From the NCBI GenBank assembly GCA_026397755.1, contig JAPLUF010000090.1:1-53996 (forward strand): a stretch of 53,996 bases of DNA. Direction: 5' to 3'. A model generated the notes under the pieces. It was given only the letters and a program-made list of their open reading frames with translations, searched no databases and was not told the origin of the DNA. This DNA is from Verrucomicrobiota bacterium (GTDB lineage: Bacteria > Verrucomicrobiota > Verrucomicrobiia > Limisphaerales > UBA9464). A program made the translations under genes and the position numbers. Positions 31,167 through 39,819 of the stretch are shown here, piece after piece. Within the stretch, counting starts at the first letter, position 1. Each line of letters opens with the position of its first letter.

Positions 31167-32939
31167 TCAGGTGCGTGAACCCGATGCCCCAGAACCACGG
31201 GTCTGGTCGGTGGCTTCGCCCGAATCGGCCGGTGCCTGAAATCGCGATGTTTCCTTGTCGGTCGTGACGCTCAGGACCTCTTCTACGGTGGTGATACCCT
31301 GAGCCACCAAGCGCCAACCGTCCTCGGCCAATGTTCGCATGCCGGAAGTTCGGGCTGCCGAACGAATTTGGTCGGTAGAGCCATTTTCCAGAATCAGCCG
31401 ACGGATATTCTCATCGGTGTCCATCCATTCGAAGATGGCATGGCGTCCGAAGAATCCAGTTTGCCGGCATTCGCGACATCCGACGGCCTTGAAGAGTTCA
31501 ACCTCTGGAGCAATGCCCATGCGGGATCGGAAGGATTTCGCATGAGCCGAGGTGTCGGGAACCTTGCAATGAGGACACAAGACTCGAACCAACCGCTGGG
31601 CTAGAACGGCTTCGAGAGACGACGCCACGAGGTACGGCTCGACCCCCATATCTACCAGGCGAGTCAGAGCGCCAGGGGCGTCATTGGTGTGCAGAGTGGA
31701 GAAAACCAAATGCCCGGTCAGTGAGGCCTGCACCGCGATTTGCGCTGTCTCCCGATCTCGGATTTCACCGATGAGCACGACATCCGGATCGTGGCGGAGA
31801 ATGGACCTCAACCCACGAGCGAAGGTGAGTCCGGCCTTCTCCGAAACCTGGATCTGGTTCACGCCCCGGAGCTGATACTCAACGGGGTCCTCGATCGTGA
31901 TGATCTTGCGGACCTCGTCGTTGATCTCGTTGAGGGCCGTGTAAAGAGTCGAGGTCTTGCCGCTGCCGGTCGGGCCTGTCACCAGCACTATGCCGTGCGG
32001 CAAATTCAGCACCTTCCGAAAATGCTCCAACTCGCGGTCTCCAAGACCGATATGGGACAGGCCCCGCAAGGTCGAGTTCTGTCGCAGAAGACGCATGACA
32101 ACCGCCTCGCCATGAAGCATCGGAATTACCGAGACACGAATGTCTACCTCGGTGTCTTCGATCCGAACCTTGATACGCCCATCCTGAGGCAAGCGCTTCT
32201 CCGCGATGTTGAGATGGCTGAGGATTTTGACGCGCGAAACGATGGCCGGTTGGAACTGCTTGAGCTGAGCCGGGAGCGGAATTTCCTGCAACTCACCATC
32301 GATGCGGTACCGAATGCGGAACTCGTGCTCGAAGGGTTCTAGATGGATGTCGGAGGCGCGCAGTTCAATGGCATCCTTAAGGACTTGGTTGACGAAGCGA
32401 ATGATCGACGCTTCATCCTCGGCTCCGGCGTCGAGGTTGGAATCCTCGGTGTTTTCATCGACGACCTGGACCGATTTCTCCTCGTCGAGTGCGCCGATGG
32501 TGTCGGCTCCGACTCCGAGGTTTTTCTTCATCTCCCGCAGGAGCGCCTCCCGCGGCGACAAAACTAATTTGAGACGGAGGCCTGTCAGGGAGCGGAGTGT
32601 GTCCAGCCCGCGCGTCGCAAAAAGACGGCAACTGGCGATCTCGATGGAACCGTTGTCGCGGCGCAGCGGCAGCAATTCTTCCTTCAGAAGAATGCGAGCC
32701 GGGAAGAGCGCCAGCACCTCGCGATCGGCCTCGACCGAATCCAAGGGGAGAAACCCCACCCCATATTCGTGGCACAGCCATTCCAGGACATCCCGCTCGG
32801 TGGCATCCTCACCACCCGCGGTTGAAGATCCTGTGAGCAACCGGGCCTGAACAAACGCCAACGCATCGGCGGCAGAGAGTTGCCGCTCGGCGATCATCCG
32901 ATCGAGGAGCGTTTGGGTGGGTGTCGAGGCTTCGGCCAT
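31167..32939 (-). CDS. gspE: T2SS/T4P-family secretion ATPase GspE
   Basis: An N-terminal MshEN/T2SSE_N-like domain, Walker A GPTGSGKT, Asp box, Walker B VVLIGEIRD, His box and a tetracysteine motif (CPHC...CRECRQTG). Confidence 0.95.
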   Translation of the reverse strand: MAEASTPTQTLLDRMIAERQLSAADALAFVQARLLTGSSTAGGEDATERDVLEWLCHEYGVGFLPLDSVEADREVLALFPARILLKEELLPLRRDNGSIEIASCRLFATRGLDTLRSLTGLRLKLVLSPREALLREMKKNLGVGADTIGALDEEKSVQVVDENTEDSNLDAGAEDEASIIRFVNQVLKDAIELRASDIHLEPFEHEFRIRYRIDGELQEIPLPAQLKQFQPAIVSRVKILSHLNIAEKRLPQDGRIKVRIEDTEVDIRVSVIPMLHGEAVVMRLLRQNSTLRGLSHIGLGDRELEHFRKVLNLPHGIVLVTGPTGSGKTSTLYTALNEINDEVRKIITIEDPVEYQLRGVNQIQVSEKAGLTFARGLRSILRHDPDVVLIGEIRDRETAQIAVQASLTGHLVFSTLHTNDAPGALTRLVDMGVEPYLVASSLEAVLAQRLVRVLCPHCKVPDTSAHAKSFRSRMGIAPEVELFKAVGCRECRQTGFFGRHAIFEWMDTDENIRRLILENGSTDQIRSAARTSGMRTLAEDGWRLVAQGITTVEEVLSVTTDKETSRFQAPADSGEATDQTRGSGASGSRT

Positions 32940-33082
32940 GGTACGGGTGAATGACGGAGCAATTGTCGGAATGGAATCCTGCGATAACGAGACCGGGAGG
33001 TGGCACCTGAAGAAACGTGGAGAAGCCTGGTTCCCCGCTTTCCGTCAAGTGCCCCTCCCGGGGTCGTCGCATGATTTGTCGT

Positions 33083-33712
33083 TTACTTCAGCAGGCCGAG
33101 CAACACCGCGCGGGCCTCTTGCTTGACGGAGAGGAGTTGGCGAAGTTCATCTTGGGCCTTCTCGAGTTGCCCTTCCTTCACCTTGGCCGCTGCGCGATAA
33201 GCCGTCAGCTTGACCTTAATATCATCCGCAGAAGCGCCGGAATCCAAGGCGGTCTGCAAGACCTCCGCATCCGGATTAGGCTGACCGAAACCGCCACGTC
33301 CCTGACGACCACCCTGACCGCCTTGGCCCGCTTGGCCCGCTTGGCCCGCTTGGCCCGCTTGGCCTCCAGGGCCTCCAGGGCCGCCGCCGGGACCGCCGAA
33401 GCCTCGACCCATGCCGGATCGGGAGTCGTTGATTTTCTTAATGCGAGACTCAATGACGCTCCACTCTGAATCATCTTTCACTGCCAGTTGCTCGCGAACG
33501 CGCTCCATCATGCGTTGACGCATTTGCTCGGGATCCCAGTTGCCCCGACCCTGGCGACCGCCGGCAGCGCCCGGTGCGCCCGGTTGGGCTGCCGGTGCCT
33601 CGTTCTGGGCCAAGAGCGACCCGGTGGCGGTGGAAAGAATCAGGCCACAAATGGCCAACAGGGAGGCGAGAGACAAACGTTTCATGGCTATCGTTGTTAA
33701 TTGCGGAGTCAA
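33083..33712 (-). CDS. Secreted Gly/Gln-rich helical protein (possibly Spy/CpxP-like), directly upstream of gspE
   Basis: Signal peptide MKRLSLASLLAICGLILSTATGSLLAQ. A central low-complexity tract GFGGPGGGPGGPGGQAGQAGQAGQAGQGGQGG is flanked by charged helices (EQMRQRMMERVREQL; LEKAQDELRQLLSVKQEARAVLLGLL). The family call is weak. Confidence 0.6.
   Translation of the reverse strand: MTPQLTTIAMKRLSLASLLAICGLILSTATGSLLAQNEAPAAQPGAPGAAGGRQGRGNWDPEQMRQRMMERVREQLAVKDDSEWSVIESRIKKINDSRSGMGRGFGGPGGGPGGPGGQAGQAGQAGQAGQGGQGGRQGRGGFGQPNPDAEVLQTALDSGASADDIKVKLTAYRAAAKVKEGQLEKAQDELRQLLSVKQEARAVLLGLLK
33322..33365. repeat. 9-nt tandem repeat (cttggcccg, about 4.8 copies) encoding (AGQ)n
   Basis: Four perfect copies plus a partial one, followed by two copies of ccagggcct. 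The repeat is in frame within the 33083-33712 gene. Confidence 0.9.
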
Positions 33713-33924
33713 AAGAACCCCAGACGTGAGTGCTGACCGCAGCCATCGCCGACTGGTTACGATGGAAGCGAATCGACCGGGCGCTCGACCCTTACAGCAC
33801 TCATTGGGTAAATTGGCTCCGATAGGCCCTTGATCGACTTCTCTTGGGACCCCAGCTCACGGATAAATCCGAAATCTGCGGGCTCTTTTATCGTCACCCT
33901 AGCTCTGCATCCATTCATCCATCC

Positions 33925-34416
33925 ATGCCACATCTCCACGAAAACATCGATTTCACCGTCGCCCTCTTCGTCGTTCAGGACCAGAAGGTGCTGGTGATTC
34001 TACACCGCAAGCTCGGCAAATGGCTGCCGCTCGGCGGACACATCGAATTGGACGAGGACCCAGAGCAGGCGGCCTTGCGAGAGGCTCGTGAGGAGAGCGG
34101 TCTGGAAATCGAGCTTCTCGGCGAGCGACCGCCAACCACCGAACCCGGTACCCGGGCCCTCATTGCTCCGCGATTCCTCGATATCCACCGCATTCATGCC
34201 TCCCACGAACACATCGGCATGATTTATTTTGCCCGTCCCATCGGTGGCTCGCTGACCCTGGCGGTCGAAGAGCATCGGGACATCCGTTGGTGTTCTCCCG
34301 AAGCGCTCGAGGAGTTGGATCCACCCATGAGCGGAGCCGTGAAGTGGTATTGCCTCAAAGCCATCGAAGAGGTTTCCGCCAACTCAGCCGGAACGACTCC
34401 ATTGGGAAGTCATTGA
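33925..34416 (+). CDS. NUDIX hydrolase
   Basis: Nudix box GGHIELDEDPEQAALREAREESGLE. Start chosen at MPHLHEN (33925). Confidence 0.85.
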   Translation: MPHLHENIDFTVALFVVQDQKVLVILHRKLGKWLPLGGHIELDEDPEQAALREAREESGLEIELLGERPPTTEPGTRALIAPRFLDIHRIHASHEHIGMIYFARPIGGSLTLAVEEHRDIRWCSPEALEELDPPMSGAVKWYCLKAIEEVSANSAGTTPLGSH

Positions 34417-34584
34417 TAGCGCGACGAACTCTTTTGCAAGACGAGGCGAGAGCGGGGCTCGGGCCAATTGGAGGCCCGTAGCCAGCGAACAACTCAGCGC
34501 TGGCTCGAGAGGGCGCAGCCAACACGATAGATCCAACAGAAATCGTTCGGACCAACAGGGTATCTTGGCTTTTTGCGAGGTTCT

Positions 34585-35628
34585 TTAAGGCGATGGGGAT
34601 CCCGATTCTAAAAGCACCTCCACCGCCCAATCAGGACTTGCGATGGCCGGGGTGACAAGCGGCTGATCGAAATTCTGGAAGATCCACACGTTGGTCTTCG
34701 TTCCCTTAGGCAACATTAGGCTCTGCGGTTCAAGCACCGGGATCAGTTCAACCCCGGCCGGCAAGGCCAGTGACCAGGTTTCCAGAGGCGTGGTCGCTGG
34801 TTTGCTCCAGTGCAGGCTCAGTCCCTGAGTCGAACCCGGGCCCTCGATCAGCCGCCATTCCAAGGCGGATGCATCGTTGACCACCCGCCGCCCCAACTCA
34901 CGAGGCTTCCCATTTTCCCAGAACCTGAGAACCACAGTCGTTGGTTTCCCAACCGCTGTTTTGAGGCGCAATTGACGCTGCGCAAAGAGCCCCGGTTCTT
35001 GCGGACCATTATAACGCCGGTTCTGACCACCTCCTCGGACGATTTCTGGGTGGAATGTGACCCACGCCTGAAACATCGAAAACGGCAATGCGGGTATGAG
35101 AACTAGGTGCAGCAGTAATCCCCCGGCAAAGGCCCACCAACCGCGTCCCCGTCGAGGTTTCTGGACTCCGCGAAGACGAGAGCGGAGGTACACCCCACTC
35201 AACAGGAGGGTGACGACGAGCCCGGCAATCCACCGTGACTTGAAAAAGTCCGGATCACCCCCCTCTTCGCCCCCGCGGCCTAAGACCACGGAACCTAAAG
35301 TCCCGCCAATTACCATTAATAGACCCCGAATACCGGCCGTTGCGAATAACGCCCAAGCCCGGCCGCGACGCTCAGGATCCGGGCCTTGGAGCCGCCGTAG
35401 TGCCAGCCCGCCGAATATTGCCCCTATAAATCCAACCCATACTGCGATGAAAAGCGTTACGACCACCGGCCCCAAGCCGTTCATATCCATCGCCATCATC
35501 CGCTGAAACAGCCATCCGGGGGTGATGAGAAGAATCCCGAAGGAAGGCACCGACAAAACAGCAGCTATCAAGGACAGCCGGGACCATCGCCTGAGGATGG
35601 GAAGGTCAGCCGGTGGAATAAAAACCAC
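34585..35628 (-). CDS. Hypothetical polytopic membrane protein with C-terminal soluble domain
   Basis: 347 aa. About six hydrophobic helices in the first 200 aa, then a beta-rich 140-aa tail. No recognisable motif. Confidence 0.5.
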   Translation of the reverse strand: MVFIPPADLPILRRWSRLSLIAAVLSVPSFGILLITPGWLFQRMMAMDMNGLGPVVVTLFIAVWVGFIGAIFGGLALRRLQGPDPERRGRAWALFATAGIRGLLMVIGGTLGSVVLGRGGEEGGDPDFFKSRWIAGLVVTLLLSGVYLRSRLRGVQKPRRGRGWWAFAGGLLLHLVLIPALPFSMFQAWVTFHPEIVRGGGQNRRYNGPQEPGLFAQRQLRLKTAVGKPTTVVLRFWENGKPRELGRRVVNDASALEWRLIEGPGSTQGLSLHWSKPATTPLETWSLALPAGVELIPVLEPQSLMLPKGTKTNVWIFQNFDQPLVTPAIASPDWAVEVLLESGSPSP

Positions 35629-35789
35629 ATCAGATGGAGTGTCGGAAGCGCTAATGGGATCCAGTGATAACCTAGGGTTTTCTGATTGGCGACACCTTGT
35701 CGCCGGCGCGTAAAACTTATGAGAGCCGGTCGTTCCCTGTGGAATTCACTTTCAGCCGGGAAGGACCCGTCCTAGACTCGCACCGCTGT

Positions 35790-35863
35790 TGGCCGATGGT
35801 GTAATGGTAGCACAGGGGCCTTTGACGCCCTTAGTCATGGTTCGAATCCATGTTGGCCAACCA
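35790..35863 (+). tRNA. tRNA-Gln (anticodon UUG), CCA encoded
   Basis: Manual cloverleaf: acceptor TGGCCGA/TTGGCCA (U1-A72, as in bacterial tRNA-Gln), D stem GTGT/GCAC, anticodon stem GGGGC/GCCCT with loop CTTTGAC, T arm CATGG-TTCGAAT-CCATG, discriminator A and CCA. Confidence 0.9.
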
Positions 35864-36022
35864 TATTTTTAGCCCTCCCTGGGCCCTTTTTGAGCGCTGA
35901 AACTTTTTGAGCGCTGACCAACTGCGCTGATAGAGACAAAATCTCCCCCTTTTCGGTGGAATCTTCCTTCAGCGGTGTCGGAAACTGAGCCCTGCCGGGC
36001 CTGCTCGGGACTTTAACCCGTT

Positions 36023-36789
<767 letters not shown>

Positions 36790-36820
36790 AATGAAAAACC
36801 CGCCTGAATCAGGCGGGTTT
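36790..36820 (-). terminator. Rho-independent terminator of the 36864-37163 gene; also the intron insertion site
   Basis: Minus strand: AAACCCGCC-UGAUUCA-GGCGGGUUU followed by UUCAUU, then the intron 5' G at 36789. Confidence 0.8.
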
Positions 36821-36863
36821 GTCTTCGAGCTAGAATTACGGCCAGCCCCTTCTTAAAGGTCTA

Positions 36864-37163
36864 TTACTTGACGGCCTCGATATGGGTCACGGCCAACTCG
36901 TGGTGTTCCTTATCCAAGGTGCCGGTCACTTTAACCTTCTTGGTCTCGCTGCAGATTTCCTTGTGGAAACCCTTGGAGACATCACCGGTCAACTTGTAGG
37001 TGGTGGTATGGTCGCCCTCTTTCACTTCGACGACGTTCTGGCACTTGTCGGCCTTCTTGAGGGCGCACTTGAGGCACTTGCCTTCGCCCGTGAGGGTCAC
37101 TTCCTTGGCGAAGGTAGCGGTGGACATGGCGGCCAGAACCGCAACAGCGAGGATCAGTTTCAT
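36864..37163 (-). CDS. Small secreted Cys-containing protein of unknown function
   Basis: Start at MKLILAVAVLAAMSTATFA (signal peptide). The mature part is about 80 aa, with CLKCALKKADKC...C and a Lys/Thr-rich beta-type sequence. Confidence 0.6.
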   Translation of the reverse strand: MKLILAVAVLAAMSTATFAKEVTLTGEGKCLKCALKKADKCQNVVEVKEGDHTTTYKLTGDVSKGFHKEICSETKKVKVTGTLDKEHHELAVTHIEAVK

Positions 37164-37521
37164 AGAGTTCTTATATGAGTATTCAGGGGGGAATAGATCG
37201 TATCTAACCCTCGATGGCAAGATCTAAATTAACGGTTTGAATTTCTTCAATCCGACCTGGGCTCCAATTCCATTACTGGACCCTTTCGACGGCTTCTCAT
37301 AACCACAAATTCTTGCTGCCGGTTGGGGAGCGCCCTTTGGAATCAGGGACCGACATCCTTCTGCTCTGCCTTTGTTCTAAGATTTTTCATCTCGGGATTT
37401 TTTGAAATTTGTTTCGTTATCGTTATTTTTATTCATTTAACCCTGTTTTGTAGTGATTGTTCGTCATAATCAAGGTTTTAGCTTTTACCTGAGTGTCCGC
37501 CTCAACTTCGCTTCTTCGCAC

Positions 37522-37537
37522 TGTTCCACGTGGAACA
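37522..37537. other. parS-type centromere palindrome TGTTCCACGTGGAACA (copy 1, 65 nt upstream of mnmG)
   Basis: A perfect 16-bp palindrome matching the parS consensus TGTTNCACGTGAAACA at 15/16 positions. An identical copy lies at 38320-38335. Confidence 0.75.
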
Positions 37538-37601
37538 TTAGAATCGAAGGACTGCCTCGCCCTAAGATTGCTGATTGTGAAGAAATCACTACTCTCCCGG
37601 G

Positions 37602-39590
37602 ATGTTCGTCTATCCTAAGCGGTATGATGTCATTGTGGTGGGAGCTGGCCATGCTGGGGTGGAGGCGGCCTTGGCTGCTTCGCGGATGGGCTGCAAGACC
37701 CTCCTGTTGACCATCAATCTCGACACCATTGGACAAATGTCCTGCAATCCCGCCGTTGGAGGGCTTGCCAAAGGTCACCTCGCTCGGGAAATAGACGCTC
37801 TCGGTGGAGAGATGGGAAAGACAACCGACCTCTGCGGTCTCCAATTCCGAATGCTCAACACGAAGAAGGGGCCTTCGGTATGGGCTCCCAGAGCGCAATG
37901 CGATAAAAAAGCCTACCAATTCCGTTTAAAGTGGGTTTGCGAACGCCAGCCCCTTTTAGACTGCAAACAAGGCCAAACAGTGAGCCTCCTCCATCGGAAC
38001 GGACGCGTTTATGGGGTCGAGACCGCCTTGGAGGTCCAATTCCACGCAGAAACTGTCGTGGTTACCACCGGGACGTTCCTGCGAGGTCTCATGCATATTG
38101 GGGCCAATCAGCAATCCGGCGGTCGTGCGGGTGAATCGGCAGCCACCGGCCTTTCAGGGTCCTTGGCTGAGGTGGGCCTCCGATTGGGTCGACTGAAAAC
38201 CGGCACCCCCCCTCGATTAGTCCGTCAATCCATCGATTTCACCCGAACTGAGCCCCAATATGGCGATGAACCGGTTCCCTGGTTCACTTATTGGAAGGAG
38301 GACCTCTGGAACGATCCATTGTTCCACGTGGAACATCGCTCCGGAGGTTCCACACCGCCTCCTGGGCCCTACCCTGCGGGATCCATTCTAGCACGACATG
38401 GCGGTCAAGAACCCTGTTACATCACCCATACCACCGATCGCACCCGGGAGATCATCCTGCAAAATTTGCACAAGTCCCCGATGTACTCAGGAGTGATTGA
38501 GGGCGTTGGACCCCGTTATTGTCCAAGCATTGAGGACAAATTCGTCCGGTTCGCCGACAAACCGAAACATCAGATCTTCTTGGAACCCGAGGGGATTGCC
38601 ACCGACGAAATTTACGTCAACGGGTTCTCGACCTGCCTCCCCTTTGAAGTTCAGGTGGAAATGGTCCATTCCATCGTTGGTTGCGAACAGGCAGAAATCC
38701 TCCGACCCGCCTACGCGGTCGAGTACGACTTCTCCGATCCCACCCAACTCTCTCCCAGCCTAGAAACCCGCTGCTGCCAGAATCTCTTCCTAGCAGGCCA
38801 AATTAATGGAACCTCCGGTTACGAGGAAGCCGCAGCCCAAGGAATCCTGGCCGGCATCAATGCGGCCCGACGAGTCCAAGCCAAGGACCCGGTCGTCCTC
38901 CGACGGGATCAGGCTTACATAGGGGTTCTCATCGACGATCTCGTCACAAAAGGCACCCTGGAGCCTTACCGGATGTTTACCAGCAGGGCCGAATACCGCC
39001 TCCTCCTGCGTCAAGACAACGCCGACCAACGTCTCAGCCCTATCGGTCGGGACATCGGTTTGCTACCTCAGCGACACTTTGATCAATTCTCCTCCAAACT
39101 TCTCTCGATTCAGGAAGAAGTCCGTCGGCTTCAAACCACCAGGCATGGTCAGGACCTCCTGTCTGATCTCCTCAAACGGCCCGAAGTGGAGTACAGCACC
39201 TTGCCCGGTCTCAGGACCGATCTGCCGGACGAAGTCACTCTCCAAGTCCAAATCACTCTCAAATATGCCGGTTACATCGATCGCCAAGAGGCTGAAGTCC
39301 AACGCCTGCGTCTTTGGGAGAATCAAGGCATACCGACGACCTTAGACTATGGACAAGTACCCAGCCTACGGATCGAGGCCCGCTCTAAGCTCCAGTCGAT
39401 TAGGCCCACCTCCTTAGGTCAGGCTGGCCGCATCAGCGGGGTCACCCCTGCCGATGTCTCGGTCTTGAGTCTCTTCCTCAAACGAATGATGGCAGCCCCA
39501 TCCAAAGCGGAATCGGAGTCCAACGCCTCCTGCTCGGAGGAACACTTAGATGCCCCTGGGGCCCACAATCAGTGCTGCGGAGACCTCTAA
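37602..39590 (+). CDS. mnmG: tRNA uridine 5-carboxymethylaminomethyl modification enzyme MnmG (GidA)
   Basis: YDVIVVGAGHAGVEAALAASRMGCKTLLLT..IGQMSCNPAVGG.AKG, GVGPRYCPSIEDK and NLFLAGQINGTSGYEEAAAQG. It carries an approximately 35-aa C-terminal tail. Confidence 0.96.
   Translation: MFVYPKRYDVIVVGAGHAGVEAALAASRMGCKTLLLTINLDTIGQMSCNPAVGGLAKGHLAREIDALGGEMGKTTDLCGLQFRMLNTKKGPSVWAPRAQCDKKAYQFRLKWVCERQPLLDCKQGQTVSLLHRNGRVYGVETALEVQFHAETVVVTTGTFLRGLMHIGANQQSGGRAGESAATGLSGSLAEVGLRLGRLKTGTPPRLVRQSIDFTRTEPQYGDEPVPWFTYWKEDLWNDPLFHVEHRSGGSTPPPGPYPAGSILARHGGQEPCYITHTTDRTREIILQNLHKSPMYSGVIEGVGPRYCPSIEDKFVRFADKPKHQIFLEPEGIATDEIYVNGFSTCLPFEVQVEMVHSIVGCEQAEILRPAYAVEYDFSDPTQLSPSLETRCCQNLFLAGQINGTSGYEEAAAQGILAGINAARRVQAKDPVVLRRDQAYIGVLIDDLVTKGTLEPYRMFTSRAEYRLLLRQDNADQRLSPIGRDIGLLPQRHFDQFSSKLLSIQEEVRRLQTTRHGQDLLSDLLKRPEVEYSTLPGLRTDLPDEVTLQVQITLKYAGYIDRQEAEVQRLRLWENQGIPTTLDYGQVPSLRIEARSKLQSIRPTSLGQAGRISGVTPADVSVLSLFLKRMMAAPSKAESESNASCSEEHLDAPGAHNQCCGDL
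38320..38335. other. parS-type palindrome TGTTCCACGTGGAACA (copy 2, inside mnmG)
   Basis: Identical to copy 1. It encodes LFHVEH within an MnmG segment that is absent from E. coli MnmG as I recall that sequence. Confidence 0.75.
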
Positions 39591-39819
39591 AGTGGAAAAA
39601 TTCAGCGGGATCGGTCGAGCGTGTCCGGTTTATTCCCGAAAGAGGTTCATTGCTCGCTCGTTACAGTCCCCCTTGACCCTCTCCCCGCTCTTCCACTTCC
39701 CAGCCGACTGAATCGTTCCGGCTACAGCCCTGGTCTCATACTCTTTGCCGAACCCCAGGCTCCTCCCGAGGCATGAACTCAACGAATAGCCTCCGTTCAG
39801 GGACTATTGGTTTGGAAGG

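Noticed and set aside
21075-32939. Interpreting the operon as a type IVa pilus system.
   Set aside because: The major pilin has the GspG-specific C-terminal pattern. A GspK-type minor pseudopilin is present. No PilT/PilU retraction ATPase or PilA-like pilin is in the cluster.
33322-33365. Short tandem repeats (also at 22179-22283 and 22815-22935) as possible CRISPR or other non-coding arrays.
   Set aside because: The units are 6-18 nt with no spacers. They lie in frame within clearly coding genes and encode Gly/Gln/Ala low-complexity peptide.
37221-37601. Calling oriC here, or in the dnaN upstream region at 47164-47427.
   Set aside because: I could find no TTATCCACA-type DnaA boxes or box clusters by eye, and dnaA is not in the window. 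Only origin proximity (parS, mnmG, dnaN) is supported.
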